A stretch of 64,000 nt of DNA from an uncultured Gemmatimonadales bacterium (GCA_963798085.1 CAWCRS010000003.1:640001-704000); one strand, 5' to 3'. Shown: positions 21,107 through 31,909, numbered from the stretch's first letter. Notes: generated by a model from the letters alone, not told the origin. Program-made: numbers and translations.

Positions 21107-22183
21107 ATGACAAGTGAGAGCCGAATCTTCGTTCTGCGCCATTGCCGGCGTCTGCTGCCCTCCCTTGCATTGCTGGCGGCCACGGTCGGGGCGCGGCCCG
21201 CCAGCGCGCAGTCCGTGCTGGATCGGCCGCCCAACATGGGCGGCACCTGGACGGGTGATCCGGGCATGCTGTACTTCACCTTCATTCACCGCTTCGTGGC
21301 AACACCCGCACCGGAACGCAAGGTCATCAACGTGCCCACGTTCCTGCTCGCGGGCGCCGCGCCGGGTCACACGCTCTGGGGTTTTCGCTACGCCACCAAT
21401 TCCGGCGTCAAGCCGGCCGTGCCCAACGAATGGGAGTTCTTCGGCCGCTGGAACCCACTGGCGGAATCCCGCGGCGCGCCGGTCGACCTGGCTGTGCACG
21501 GCGGCTACAACACCGCCGCCCAGAGCGTGGACGGCGAGCTGGCGCTGTCGCGCCGGCTGGGACGCCTGCGCCTGCTGGGCGCCGGCCGCGCCTTCTCCAG
21601 CGCGTACGACTCCAGCAAGGCAAGATTCGCGGTGGCGGGCGGGGCCACGCTCATGCTCACCTCCAACATTGCGTTAGCCGGCGACGTGGCTGGCACGCTG
21701 GATCGCAAGACCTACGGTCAGGACATCGCGTGGGGCGCGGGACTCCAGCTGCACATCCCCTACACACCGCACACGTTTTCTCTGCAGGTGACCAACACCA
21801 ACAGCGCCACGCTGGAGGGAGCGTCCGTGGGCAGCGGCCGCAGGCGCTACGGCTTCGAGTTCACGATTCCGCTCACCATGCGCCGCTACTTCGGCAGCCG
21901 CAGCACTGCGGCGCCCGCCGTACAGGCCAATGGCGATACCGTGCGCATCATCATGCAGGGTCTGCAGTACCAGACGCCCAGGGTGGAGATCCGGCCCGGC
22001 ACGACGGTGGTCTGGGAGAACCACGACGCGGTTCCGCATACGAGCACATCCGACAAGGGACTCTGGGATTCCGGCCTCATCGATGCGGGCAGGTCCTGGG
22101 CGCACACCTTCGGCGACCCCGGCACGTACGCATTCCACTGCACGCCGCACCCGTTCATGAAAGGCGAAGTGATCGTGCGCTGA
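21107..22183 (+). CDS. exported beta-rich (barrel-like) protein with C-terminal cupredoxin domain
   Basis: Own ATG after a GGAG element, and a signal peptide. C-terminal VPHT...YAFHCTPHPFMKG type-1 copper ligands (amicyanin/plastocyanin-like). Confidence 0.82.
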   Translation: MTSESRIFVLRHCRRLLPSLALLAATVGARPASAQSVLDRPPNMGGTWTGDPGMLYFTFIHRFVATPAPERKVINVPTFLLAGAAPGHTLWGFRYATNSGVKPAVPNEWEFFGRWNPLAESRGAPVDLAVHGGYNTAAQSVDGELALSRRLGRLRLLGAGRAFSSAYDSSKARFAVAGGATLMLTSNIALAGDVAGTLDRKTYGQDIAWGAGLQLHIPYTPHTFSLQVTNTNSATLEGASVGSGRRRYGFEFTIPLTMRRYFGSRSTAAPAVQANGDTVRIIMQGLQYQTPRVEIRPGTTVVWENHDAVPHTSTSDKGLWDSGLIDAGRSWAHTFGDPGTYAFHCTPHPFMKGEVIVR

Positions 22184-22538
22184 CGTACGTGAAGTGGAAT
22201 CCTCAGAACGAGGATCGCGCGAACTGCACTCCCGGCTCACTCAAACTGCCGGACCGTTCCGGCCTGACTCCAGCGCATACCCCCGCCTCGCACGGTTGCG
22301 TGAGGGCGGCGTACTGGTGGGCGGGGCAATGCGGGCGCGGAGATGGCAGCGCGTTGCGTACGACCGACGTCGCCTCCCGTTGCGCATCTGGCACTGTGTC
22401 CTGTGAACCCGGGTGACCTGACCATTGCGCCGGATCGGGGTTCCCAGTCGTGCATTGGCGGAACGCGTCCCGGCCGATATGTACCCGATTGAGGCGAGCA
22501 CAACGCTGCCCATCATCGTGCGGGAAGGCGTGGCGATT

Positions 22539-22712
22539 TCGGACCGTCTTGGCGTTCTTGGGTTCTGGCCGGTTCATGCATGAATGCATGGTAGCAGGGG
22601 TCGGCGCGGCCCCATTACGCATGCGGCGATAGTGGCACCGGCCAAAACCCAAGAACGCCAAGACGGTCCGATAGGGGGAACGCCAGGACAGGAAACGCCA
22701 AAACGGTCCGAT
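22539..22712. repeat. REP/REPIN-like inverted repeat unit, copy A
   Basis: TCGGACCGTCTTGGCGTTCTTGGGTTCTGGCCGG (22539-22572) pairs with 22638-22671 (1 mismatch); a partial third copy lies at 22693-22712. Confidence 0.8.
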
Positions 22713-25324
22713 CAGTCTGTCCGAAGCACCTCCGCCGGACGGACGCGCAGTGCCCGCCGGGCCGGCACGCCGCTGCCGGCCCAGGCGGCGGCCAGCAGCA
22801 GCGCCGCAGCGGCGAGGTACGTCAGTGGATCCTGCGCGGTCACGCCGTAAAGCATGCTGCTGACGGCGCGCGTGACCACGAGCGCGAGCCCGCTGCCGAT
22901 CACCACGCCGGCCAGCGCCGGCCGCAGTGTAGCGCGCTGCAGTCTGCCGAACTCCTTCCACGGGTGCGCGCCCAGGGCCACGCGGATGCCGATCTCGCGA
23001 CGCCGCCGCTCCACGGCATACGCCACCACGCCGGCACTGCCGATCACCGCGAGCAGCGCGGCGACGCCGCCGAAGACGGACAGCAGGATCAGCGAGAAGC
23101 GCTGCGTGACGTAAGTCGCCACCAGCCTCTCATCGATCGTGCGCAGCGATACGGGCACCTCGGGATCGAGACCGCGCGAGCGCGCCCGCACGCCAGCGGC
23201 GACAGCGCTCAGATTGCCGTGGTAGCGCAGCACGAATGTCATGTCGGATGCGCGCAGGCCGCGCTGTGTGTAAGGCACATAGACCTCATGCTGCGAGTTC
23301 ATGGCGCTGGCCCAGTGCCGCACGTTGCCCACCACACCCACCACGGTGAGCCACGTCCTCTCATCCTGCACGCCGAAATCGTTGTTGTGACGCAGGTGCT
23401 TGCCCAGCGGACTCTCATCGGGCCAGAGGCGCCTGGCGAGCGATTCCGAGATCAGCGCGACGTCGGGCGAACCCATGCGGTCCGAAGGCCGGAAATTGCG
23501 GCCGCCCAGCAGCGGAATGCCCATGGCGGAAAAGTAGGCGGCATTGACAATGCGCAGTCCCGCCATTGACACGTTGTTAGCCTGATAGCCGACGTCGGGC
23601 TGATACGCCGGCGCGGTGTCCGCGTAGCGGTCCAGCGGCAGCTGCGTGGTGGCGCCGAGAGCCGTCACACCCGGCACCTGTCGAAGCGCGGTCGTCAACG
23701 CATTGACGTAGCGGATGCGCGCGTCGCCATCCGCGTAGCGCGAAGGCGGCAGCGCCACCTGTACAGCGAGCAGATCCCGCGGATCCCAGCCCAGTGAGGC
23801 TCCGCGTATCGCCACCACGCTGCGCACCAGCAGGCCCACCCCTACCAGCAGCGCCATGGCGGCCGCGATCTCGCTCGCCACCAGCACGCTCCACGACCGG
23901 CCCCGACCGCGTCCCACGACACGCAGCGTGGTCGCGAGCGCCTTGCGTGTCGTGAGCAGCGCCGGGCTCAGACCGAAGAGCATCACGCTGACCATTCCGG
24001 CGAGAACCACGAAGAGCACAACAGCGCCATTGAGTTTCACCTCCGAGAGGCGAGGCACCAGGTTGGCGCCAAACGCGCGCACCAGGTACAGGCCGCCCCG
24101 CGCCAGCAGCAGCCCACCGGCCGCGCCCAGCACCGCTAACACCATACTTTCGGTGAGGAGCACGCCTGCCGCGCGGGCGCGCGATGCGCCCAGTGACAAC
24201 CGCACCGCCAGCTCCCTCGCCCGCGCCGTGCCGCGTGCCAGCAGCGCACTGGCGACATTGGCGCAGGCGACGAGCAGCACGAAGCCGGCGGCGGCGAACA
24301 GGGTGAGCAGCGTTTCCCGTACCCCGGCCACCGCCCAGTCGCGCAGCAGCACGACGTGTGCGCCGGAGGCGAACGACGTCTGCTCGCTCCGGCCGCTGAT
24401 GCGCTTCGCGATGGCGCTCAGCTCTGCTTCCGCCGCAGCGGCGGTGACGCCATCACGCAGGCGGCCGAACGCACCGAACGCAGGCCACGACCGGACCTCC
24501 CAGATCGGCTCACGCTCGTGCAGCACCCAGATGTCTGTCGGCCCCAGAAACTCGAAACCGGGCGGCATGACGCCGATCACGGCGTGCGGCGCTCCCAGAA
24601 GGTCGAGCGAAATGGCGTTGAGGTCGGCGCGGCCGCCGAACAGTCGCTGCCACGCGCCCCAACTGAGCACTGCGACCGGCGGTGGCTGCCGGCCCGATTC
24701 CGCGCTCGAGAACGTGCGCCCGCGAACGGCCGCGACACCCAGCACATCGAAGAAATTCGCGGACACGCGCTGCACGCGCAGCCGGGCCGCGTCATTGCCA
24801 CCCAGCACGGTCTCGGCGGTCAACGGGAGGTAGCTCGCAATGCCGGTGAAGCTCTTCTGCAGGTCGTTCCAGTCGCGCCAGTCCGGGCGCGAAATCGGAA
24901 TGATCCCACCGTCGCCGGTGCGCGTGTCGACACGCACCAGACGGTCACTCGCGGGGAACGGCAGCGGGCGCCTTAACACGCCGTTTACCACGCTGTAGAG
25001 CGCGGCCACCGCGCCAATGCCCAGGGCCAGCGTGATGACGGTCGTAAACGTGAACGTGGGCGTGCGTCGCAGCGACCGGATGGCCCAGCGCACCTCGCGC
25101 AGCACGCCCGTCAGTGAAAACTGCTCGCGCTGCAGCACCAGCGCGTCCAGCGGCGCACCCAGCGCCCGCCGCGCCAGCCCGCGATCGTCTTCGTGCGCAC
25201 GCGCCCCCAATTCCGCTTCCCATTCCTCACGCCACTCGCGCCGCCGCTGCCGCGGCACGAGCCACGACGTGGCGCGCACGATCACGCGCGCCAGCCAGCC
25301 GCGGTCCTGTGCGGGTCCGGTCAT
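22712..25324 (-). CDS. ADOP-family duplicated ABC permease (MacB/FtsX-like)
   Basis: LALGIGA, LLVACANVA, RELAVRLSLGA, REIGIRVALGA and PARRA motifs. Confidence 0.92.
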   Translation of the reverse strand: MTGPAQDRGWLARVIVRATSWLVPRQRRREWREEWEAELGARAHEDDRGLARRALGAPLDALVLQREQFSLTGVLREVRWAIRSLRRTPTFTFTTVITLALGIGAVAALYSVVNGVLRRPLPFPASDRLVRVDTRTGDGGIIPISRPDWRDWNDLQKSFTGIASYLPLTAETVLGGNDAARLRVQRVSANFFDVLGVAAVRGRTFSSAESGRQPPPVAVLSWGAWQRLFGGRADLNAISLDLLGAPHAVIGVMPPGFEFLGPTDIWVLHEREPIWEVRSWPAFGAFGRLRDGVTAAAAEAELSAIAKRISGRSEQTSFASGAHVVLLRDWAVAGVRETLLTLFAAAGFVLLVACANVASALLARGTARARELAVRLSLGASRARAAGVLLTESMVLAVLGAAGGLLLARGGLYLVRAFGANLVPRLSEVKLNGAVVLFVVLAGMVSVMLFGLSPALLTTRKALATTLRVVGRGRGRSWSVLVASEIAAAMALLVGVGLLVRSVVAIRGASLGWDPRDLLAVQVALPPSRYADGDARIRYVNALTTALRQVPGVTALGATTQLPLDRYADTAPAYQPDVGYQANNVSMAGLRIVNAAYFSAMGIPLLGGRNFRPSDRMGSPDVALISESLARRLWPDESPLGKHLRHNNDFGVQDERTWLTVVGVVGNVRHWASAMNSQHEVYVPYTQRGLRASDMTFVLRYHGNLSAVAAGVRARSRGLDPEVPVSLRTIDERLVATYVTQRFSLILLSVFGGVAALLAVIGSAGVVAYAVERRRREIGIRVALGAHPWKEFGRLQRATLRPALAGVVIGSGLALVVTRAVSSMLYGVTAQDPLTYLAAAALLLAAAWAGSGVPARRALRVRPAEVLRTD

Positions 25325-25641
25325 GAGCGACCCCGCTCCGTCACCAGACGCGTGGAAAGCAGGCGCTTCGCGCTCGCGAGCTTGTCCGCCGACGCCGCAA
25401 TGGCGCGTTCGCCGTGGGCGGTCAGCTCGTACAGACGACGACGCGGCCGGCCGTCATCCAGTGCCTGCGTCGCCGCCTCCCAGCGCGAACGCAACAGGCC
25501 TTCGCGCTCCAGGCGCCGCAGCGCGGGATAGACAGTGCCGCTCGCCAGCCCGGTCGCGTCCATCACGTCGAAGCCATAGCGATAGCCCGCCGCGATGGCG
25601 CGCAGGACCAATGCCGTGATGTGGGTCATGCGAATCGTCAT
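25321..25641 (-). CDS. PadR family transcriptional regulator
   Basis: YGFDVM...SGTVYPALRRLE...RPRRRLYELTAHG; coupled to the permease. Confidence 0.92.
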   Translation of the reverse strand: MTIRMTHITALVLRAIAAGYRYGFDVMDATGLASGTVYPALRRLEREGLLRSRWEAATQALDDGRPRRRLYELTAHGERAIAASADKLASAKRLLSTRLVTERGRS

Positions 25642-25871
25642 GGGCCTGCACCACCTGTCTTGTCGTGTCACTCACCCTGCTGGTCCACCACTACGAGCGT
25701 GTCCGATGCCAGCGATGAAGCCGTGTCAGTTCGTCCGCCGGCGTTCCCGCCGTCGGCGCGGCATTGTTTCTTCAGGTGTCGTCTTCTACATAGATAGCGA
25801 AAGCGCCGGCCGCGTTGCAGACCTGCCGGGCGGAGGGGTGAATGGCTGCCGGGTCGGGCCAGCATGGATTC

Positions 25872-26050
25872 TCGGACCGTCCTGGCGTTCTTTCCTTTCG
25901 GTCCCTGCGGCCATGCCGGCGGCCCACCTGCGTATCGATTGACCAGCTTTCATTCCTCTGTGGGTCGCGCTGATTTCCGTAGCGGCCGGAAAGCAAGAAT
26001 GCCAAGACGGTCCGATAGGTCCAGGCAAGAATGCCAGACTGGTCCCGATA
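25872..26050. repeat. REP/REPIN-like inverted repeat unit, copy B
   Basis: TCGGACCGTCCTGGCGTTCTT (25872-25892); inverted copy at 25984-26015; degenerate third copy at ~26027-26050. Confidence 0.75.
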
Positions 26051-26174
26051 GCATCACGCGAGCATGCCACTGCGCTGACCCAATCCCATTACAGCCTCCG
26101 CGGCAGATCGGGCAGACAGGATGCCTGGGACGCCCGACGACGGGGGCAGGGCCTGGCGGGACGGATCGCGATCG

Positions 26175-27656
26175 CTAGAGGGATGCGAGGAAGCGCAGCA
26201 GCAGCGTCTGCGAGGCGGCGTCCAGCTGGGTGAATGCGTCGCGGGCGCGCTGGGCTTCGCCGTCGTGCGCGAGTATCGCGGCGCGGGGGGTCGTAGCGCG
26301 ACCATTGTGCAGCAGGAGGGTCCGGAAACGCAGGCCCCAGAGCGGGGACGTGCGCCATTCGGCGGGCGCTGCGTTGTGGCCGCAGATGTCGCCCATCGCT
26401 GTGCCCATGTCGTGCAGCAGCAGGTCGGAATACAACGGCACGCTACGCCGGTCGAATACGGCGCGTTCGCTTTTCGCGGTGCGCAGGGCCGGCGTATGGC
26501 AGCTGGCGCAGCCGATGCGCTGAAACAGCTGCGCGCCGCGCGCAGTGGAATCGGCAGCAGCTCCGCTCAGCGGCTCGCGCGGCGGTGGCGCGAGAAAGCG
26601 CACGTAGTCGCGCAGCAGGTCGATGCCGCGCTGCTCGATCTCGGGCTCGGGCATGGGATCCACGCCGGTCGGGAGCGGCACGCCGTTGGGTTTTTCCTCG
26701 ACGGGATGCGTCGGCGTGGTGAGCCCGATCTCGAAGCGCAGCGCGGTGTCGATGAAATCCGGGATGGAGGCGACGTCTTCCTTCCGGCTGAAGCGGCCGC
26801 TGCGCCCATTGGGCGTGCGTCCGACACGCCCGGAAATGCCGTCGCCATCGGCGTCCGCGGAGTCCGCGCGCGCCGCGATTTCGGCGTCCGGGATGGCCGC
26901 GATCAGACCCAGACCGAACAGTGGCGGGGCCACGATGTGAGCGACGCCGCTGGCATCGGCGGGCACATGCTCGGAGGCAATGCCGCGTGCGCTGAGCAAC
27001 GGTGTCGCGTGCTGCTGGATGTTGTCGCCGCCTTCGTTCTCCAGCACATCGCATCGGCCCGCACTGAAGCGCGTGGCTCTGGTCACGAGCAGGGTGCCGG
27101 ACCCGCCTGAAGCGGGCACGTTGTGGCAGGCGCTGCAGCGCTCGGCGTTGAACAGCGGTCCCAGGCCTTCCTCCGGCACTGCGAGCCGCTCGAACACCGC
27201 GCGTCCCAGCAGGAACCGCCCCAGGTCCTCCTCACCCAGCCCGGGCAGCGGCTCGCCCGGTGCCGCTGACACGGCGTTAGTCGGGCCCCGGCCGCAGGCC
27301 ATGACGCAGAGGGCAACGCCGGCGAGCCGCAGAGCGAGTCCACCTGCCCGTCGCGGGCGTGCGGTTCGCGCGTCGCGGCAGCAGCTCGGAGTCGCGGCGG
27401 AAGGCCCACCGCGACCGGGGAACCCGGCCGGCCCCACCCCGCCTGCAACCGGTCCGGCTGCGTCCATTGGGGAACGGTTCGATACCGCGCAGAGCGCAGC
27501 GCCGCGGCCTAAACAGCGTGTCAGGTCCGGCAGGACCGCACCGGGTGTGCGCCGCCCGCGCAACCGGGCGTCCGCCGCGACGCCGCGGCGTGCACCATCG
27601 TCTCGTTGCGGTGAAGCGGCGAGGCGGAGTCGTCGCATGGAATCCGTGCGGCTCAT
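26175..27656 (-). CDS. di-heme oxidoreductase (DHOR) family cytochrome c
   Basis: GLGPLFN, CSACH, PPLFGLGLI, CASCH, YSDLLLHDMG and WRTSPLWG motifs; start uncertain. Confidence 0.88.
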   Translation of the reverse strand: MSRTDSMRRLRLAASPQRDDGARRGVAADARLRGRRTPGAVLPDLTRCLGRGAALCAVSNRSPMDAAGPVAGGVGPAGFPGRGGPSAATPSCCRDARTARPRRAGGLALRLAGVALCVMACGRGPTNAVSAAPGEPLPGLGEEDLGRFLLGRAVFERLAVPEEGLGPLFNAERCSACHNVPASGGSGTLLVTRATRFSAGRCDVLENEGGDNIQQHATPLLSARGIASEHVPADASGVAHIVAPPLFGLGLIAAIPDAEIAARADSADADGDGISGRVGRTPNGRSGRFSRKEDVASIPDFIDTALRFEIGLTTPTHPVEEKPNGVPLPTGVDPMPEPEIEQRGIDLLRDYVRFLAPPPREPLSGAAADSTARGAQLFQRIGCASCHTPALRTAKSERAVFDRRSVPLYSDLLLHDMGTAMGDICGHNAAPAEWRTSPLWGLRFRTLLLHNGRATTPRAAILAHDGEAQRARDAFTQLDAASQTLLLRFLASL

Positions 27657-29083
27657 GGCTGGCGCGCGCGCGGCGAGTCGCGTTTCACGGTATCGCCCGC
27701 GGCGGCGAGCAGGCGTTGCGCGCGCGTCACGGCCGCGTCCACGCCCGGCGCGAGGATGCCTGCGTCCTTCTGCTGCTGCAGCAGGTGGAGCGCCAGCAGC
27801 GGCGGCACCGGCTGCAGTTCCGTCTGGCGAGAGGCGACCGCATCGAGATAGCGGTCGACTCGCCGGGCGGCGCTGTCGGCGCGCGCCCGGCCCCCGCCGG
27901 CGGTTGCGAGCGCAGCGGCGTCGAGGTGCGTGGCGCCCTCGAGCGCCTGCAGGTCGGTGCGGTAGCGACCGCGGATGGCCGCGCGCACGCTGTCCGGCAG
28001 CTGGAAGCCTTCGGCCTCGGCCTGTGTAGCGATCAGCTCGCGCGCGACAATGGGTCGGAGAAACGAAAGCGCGTCGCTGCTGTCCGCCGAGGCCAGCTGC
28101 GCGCGTGTGTCGGGCGGCAGAAAGAGCACATACCGCGCGAGTTGACCGGCGTTGAAGCTGCCGCCCTGCCAGCGAGCGACGGTGTCGGTGGCGCCGGCCT
28201 GATTCCACGGATCGGCGGCGACGTGCAGCACGAGTGCCGCCGCCGCGGCCGCCAGCTTCAGGCCGCGCGCGTTCACGATCGAATCCGTGTAGGCGGAATC
28301 GGCGCGCGCGCTGGCTTCCTCGGCCAGCAGGCGCACGAAGATCGGGCGCACGTCGTTCAGGCGGGGGCGATGGATGATGTGGAAGCCGAAGCGGGTCTCG
28401 ACGACAGGCGAGAGCTGCCCCGGCTTGAGCGCGAACGCGGCACGCTCGAACTCGGGCGCCATGTCCCCGCGGCGCACCAGGCCGAGAATGCCTTCCGCGG
28501 CCTTCGCATCCTCATCCTCGCTCTCCTGATTGGCGTCCTTCCAGGAGCCGCCACTAACGAGTTGTTTAAGAATGCGCACCGCGGTGCGGCGCTGCAGCTC
28601 CTTTTCTTCCGGCCGCATTTCTTCGCCCACGCGCCGGAAGATGTGCGCGAACAGACGCACGTCGCCGGCATTGTAGACGCTGTCCGCAACGCCGGCGGCC
28701 TGCGTGGTGGGCTCGGGAAAACGGGCGCGCAGGAAGGCGTCCGTGAGTGCATCGCGGGTGTCGAGCAGAGTGGCGTCGTGCACGACGCCGGGTTCGAGCA
28801 GCGAATCGCCGGCAGCGAGCTGCTGCGCGAAAGCGGTCAGGTGCAGCCACGCGCGGGCCAGTTCGCCCGCAACATCGCTGCGCAGGGGCAGGGGCTGCGA
28901 GAGCACGAGAATGCGAGCCAGGCGCTCACTCGAGAGCGACTGCCGGCCGAAGCGCGCGGCGGCGGCGCCGGCGGCAGCGCCGGAATCCGAGCCGGCGCAG
29001 GCGGCCGCGCCCGCGAGCAGCAGCCAGCACACCGCCTGTTGTGCATGGCAAACGAGGGGAGCCGGGCGTCGATGCGATTTCAT
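27653..29083 (-). CDS. PpiC/parvulin-type peptidylprolyl isomerase
   Basis: MAPEFERAAFALKPGQLSPVVETRFGFHII; lipoprotein-like leader. Confidence 0.88.
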   Translation of the reverse strand: MKSHRRPAPLVCHAQQAVCWLLLAGAAACAGSDSGAAAGAAAARFGRQSLSSERLARILVLSQPLPLRSDVAGELARAWLHLTAFAQQLAAGDSLLEPGVVHDATLLDTRDALTDAFLRARFPEPTTQAAGVADSVYNAGDVRLFAHIFRRVGEEMRPEEKELQRRTAVRILKQLVSGGSWKDANQESEDEDAKAAEGILGLVRRGDMAPEFERAAFALKPGQLSPVVETRFGFHIIHRPRLNDVRPIFVRLLAEEASARADSAYTDSIVNARGLKLAAAAAALVLHVAADPWNQAGATDTVARWQGGSFNAGQLARYVLFLPPDTRAQLASADSSDALSFLRPIVARELIATQAEAEGFQLPDSVRAAIRGRYRTDLQALEGATHLDAAALATAGGGRARADSAARRVDRYLDAVASRQTELQPVPPLLALHLLQQQKDAGILAPGVDAAVTRAQRLLAAAGDTVKRDSPRARQP

Positions 29084-29346
29084 GCGCAAGTGCGGAACCT
29101 CCGATCGACCTCCAGCCGCCGGGTCGCTGATTGCGTGTGCGTCGGCGGCGCGCGAAATGTGGCGGTGCATGTCTTACGTTAGTCTGTCGGGCGCCGGGAT
29201 GCAGCGGGTCCCGGCCGGCCGCGTGTTCGTTGACGGCGTGTGGCTGTCCGCGGGCGGATCCCATGTCTATGTTGCGGCAACCGCCCGGAACGGTGCAGCG
29301 CATCCTCGGTGCGTGTGGTGTTCCGGCCCGAATGCAGGCGGCACTC

Positions 29347-29823
29347 ATGTCATTCGCTCGCTCCATGCCACGGTTGTATCTGCCGGTGCTGCTGCTGCTG
29401 AGCCCGCTCGCGCGCGCAGCGGCGCAGGCGACGCAGCTGCCCGAGGGTTCGCGCGTGCGTCTCGTTGCGGTGGGCGGCTACAGCGCGGAAGGCAGCGTGT
29501 TGCGTTTTACGGGAGATTCACTGGCCGTGCGTGCCGCAGTCGGCGATCTGGTGCTGCCGGTCGCCGCGCTGCGGCGACTGGAAGTACTGCGGGCGCAGAC
29601 GGGCGGGTTTGCCGCGTTCCGCAAAGGTCTGATGTGGGGCGCCGGTCTGGGTGTGGTGGCGAGCGCGGCTGCGGCCATCGCCAACGGCGGCTCCGTGGAC
29701 ACGAAGATCACCACACCGCTGATCGGCGCGTCCACCATCGCCGGCGGACTTGTGAGCCTGGTGTTCATGCGCGGCCACTCGTGGCAGATCGTGGCACTGC
29801 CCGGAAGGGCGAACCAGCGCTGA
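29347..29823 (+). CDS. hypothetical exported/membrane protein
   Basis: Signal peptide, short beta domain, two C-terminal hydrophobic segments. Confidence 0.65.
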   Translation: MSFARSMPRLYLPVLLLLSPLARAAAQATQLPEGSRVRLVAVGGYSAEGSVLRFTGDSLAVRAAVGDLVLPVAALRRLEVLRAQTGGFAAFRKGLMWGAGLGVVASAAAAIANGGSVDTKITTPLIGASTIAGGLVSLVFMRGHSWQIVALPGRANQR

Positions 29824-29856
29824 TCGGGCAGACGACGCGCCGTCGCCTCGATGGTA

Positions 29857-30960
29857 CTAACGCGCCCCACGCTGCCAGATCAGGACGGAACCACACCCGT
29901 CATCGTAAGGCATGGGCGCGGCCGCTCCGACGTACACCTCCATGGCCTCGATGTGGTCCGGCGTCAGGAAATCGAGGTCGCCTGCCTGGTGGTAGCCGAT
30001 GGGATGCCCGTCCACGTAGACCTTGGGCAGGCACCAGCCGCCGCTCGAACTCTTGAAGCTCAGCGCGGTGCGGCCGGCACCATAGAACTCGATGTGCGCG
30101 GCACTCACCCGCGCGAACAGGTCCGGGAACGTCATCATGCCGCGGCTCTCGATTTCCTTGCGATCCACGAAGACCGCCCGCCCGCTCGCCTCATCCTTGC
30201 GCATGAAGTAACCCACGCGGTCGAGCAGATCCGAACGCACTGTTACCTCGAGCGCCGGCAGCTCGATGGGTTTCGTCGAGATGGGCACGGTCACTTCCAG
30301 TGTGCGGCCCGCCTGCGGTTCGACGGGTGCGATGCGTTCCTGGTATCCCAGCATCTCCACCTGCAGTGCCTGCGTTCCCGTGGGCACACCGAACAGCACG
30401 AAGCGGCCGCGCGCGTCACTCACGATGCGCAGGGACGTGCCGTTGATGGTGACGACGGCGCCCGTCAGGGGCCGCCCTGTGCCGGCATCGGTCACCGTGC
30501 CCACCAGCACGGCGGGGGCAGCGGCGCGCGCGGCATGCTGCTGCTGTGGCGGCGGTGACGCGGCGGGCGGTGGCGCCTGCGCCGCCTGTGCCTGCGGCCT
30601 GGGTGACCCGGCGCCGGCGGCCTGCGCCGGAATGCGCAGCAGCAGGTCCGTCGCGCCCCCCGGTTCCAGCCGCACGTTCACGTAATCCGCTGTTATACCC
30701 AGCGAGTCGAGACGGGGGTGGCGGAAAACGACCGCGTAAACGCCGGCCGGCACATTGGGGATGAAGAAGCGGCCGTCCTCGTTGGTCAGCGCGAACAGCG
30801 GACTGCCCAACAGCACGACGCGCGCCCCGGCAAGCGGCTGGTTGCGCGTGCTGTCGAACACGGTGCCCATCAGACGGGCGTCCTGCGCGCACAGAGCGGA
30901 CGGCGCCAGCGCCAGTCCGGCGGCCAGCGCCAGGGTCCCCTTTATCATTGCGTTAGTCAT
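29857..30960 (-). CDS. CarboxypepD_reg-like repeat protein with TonB plug-like C-terminus
   Basis: Two GTVxD...PLxGAxV...GRF repeats; C-terminal VYVDG...IEAMEVY...GCGSVLIW. Confidence 0.8.
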   Translation of the reverse strand: MTNAMIKGTLALAAGLALAPSALCAQDARLMGTVFDSTRNQPLAGARVVLLGSPLFALTNEDGRFFIPNVPAGVYAVVFRHPRLDSLGITADYVNVRLEPGGATDLLLRIPAQAAGAGSPRPQAQAAQAPPPAASPPPQQQHAARAAAPAVLVGTVTDAGTGRPLTGAVVTINGTSLRIVSDARGRFVLFGVPTGTQALQVEMLGYQERIAPVEPQAGRTLEVTVPISTKPIELPALEVTVRSDLLDRVGYFMRKDEASGRAVFVDRKEIESRGMMTFPDLFARVSAAHIEFYGAGRTALSFKSSSGGWCLPKVYVDGHPIGYHQAGDLDFLTPDHIEAMEVYVGAAAPMPYDDGCGSVLIWQRGAR

Positions 30961-31524
30961 GGCTCGCTGCTCCGGATGTTCGCATTGCAGGCGACACCGC
31001 CGTTCTGTGCTCCAGCGCGCTGGCGCCCGTGCTGCGCGCCGGCCGCAGCGCCGCAGCGGTAACGCTTTCGCCATGGTCGCCGCACTTCGGCAGGTTGCGC
31101 GTGCACTCGAGCACCATGCCTGACAGGCGGGCGGGCTGCGCGATCACCCGGCCCGGCAATCCACCCGCCAGCCGCAATGCGGCGCACAGCAGCGGGAGAA
31201 CGCGGGCGAACGGGCAGCGACTTCATTGGCGGATCGGCCTGCCGTGGTTCGAGAGACAACTACTGTCACAGTAAGACGCCCGGCCGGGTTTCGCCATTCA
31301 GGCAGCGTGCATTCCGCTGCCATTTGCGCTGCGCCTCCTGCGCAGGACGCGCGCGTGGCGGCCCTCGGCGTGAACGCGTCGCGCCCACCGCCTGCACCCC
31401 GAGGTGTTCGACAAGCCTGGCGCTGAGCCGAATGGCGGCGTCGGGCTGCGAGCCCGGGTCGCGCGAATAGCGGACCGGGACGGAATCGGCGGTGGCCGGG
31501 GGGTTGGGAGGCGATATATCGCTC

Positions 31525-31700
31525 CGGACCGTCTTGGCGTTCATGGGTTGACCATCCAGGTGAACCGTCTGGCGACCCATTCTCACCTTCATGCCCACTT
31601 GATCATATGGCGGCGGGCCGTTCCGAAGTGCCTGGCCCCCCTTCCCCGACGGACACCATGTCTTGACCGGCCGGAAGCCAAGAATGCCAAGGTGGTCCGA
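31525..31700. repeat. REP/REPIN-like inverted repeat unit, copy C
   Basis: CGGACCGTCTTGGCGTTCATGGGTT (31525-31549); inverted CCGGCCGGAAGCCAAGAATGCCAAGGTGGTCCGA (31667-31700). Confidence 0.75.
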
Positions 31701-31909
31701 GGGTTCTGGAAGCCAATGGGGGCAGTCGCGGCAACCGGCTTCGATCCGGCGACGGCCCACCGGATCACCGGCCCCGCGGTTCCCCGTCGCGCATGCCCTG
31801 CGGCGGTCGGACCCCCGTCGTCGCCTGCCATGATCGGTTTCAGCCGGGATTCCTGCGTTAATGTGCGGAGGCGGATGCGCGCCTCCGTGGCAGCACCCGG
31901 GAGGACTTC

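Noticed and set aside
18590..22183. 1197-aa TonB receptor-cupredoxin fusion
   Set aside because: A frameshift near 21060 hides the receptor's natural end (VGIRWQN-TGA 21087), and the second gene has its own RBS, ATG and signal peptide.
22539..31700. CRISPR array
   Set aside because: The repeats are inverted and dispersed, not regularly spaced direct repeats; no cas genes.
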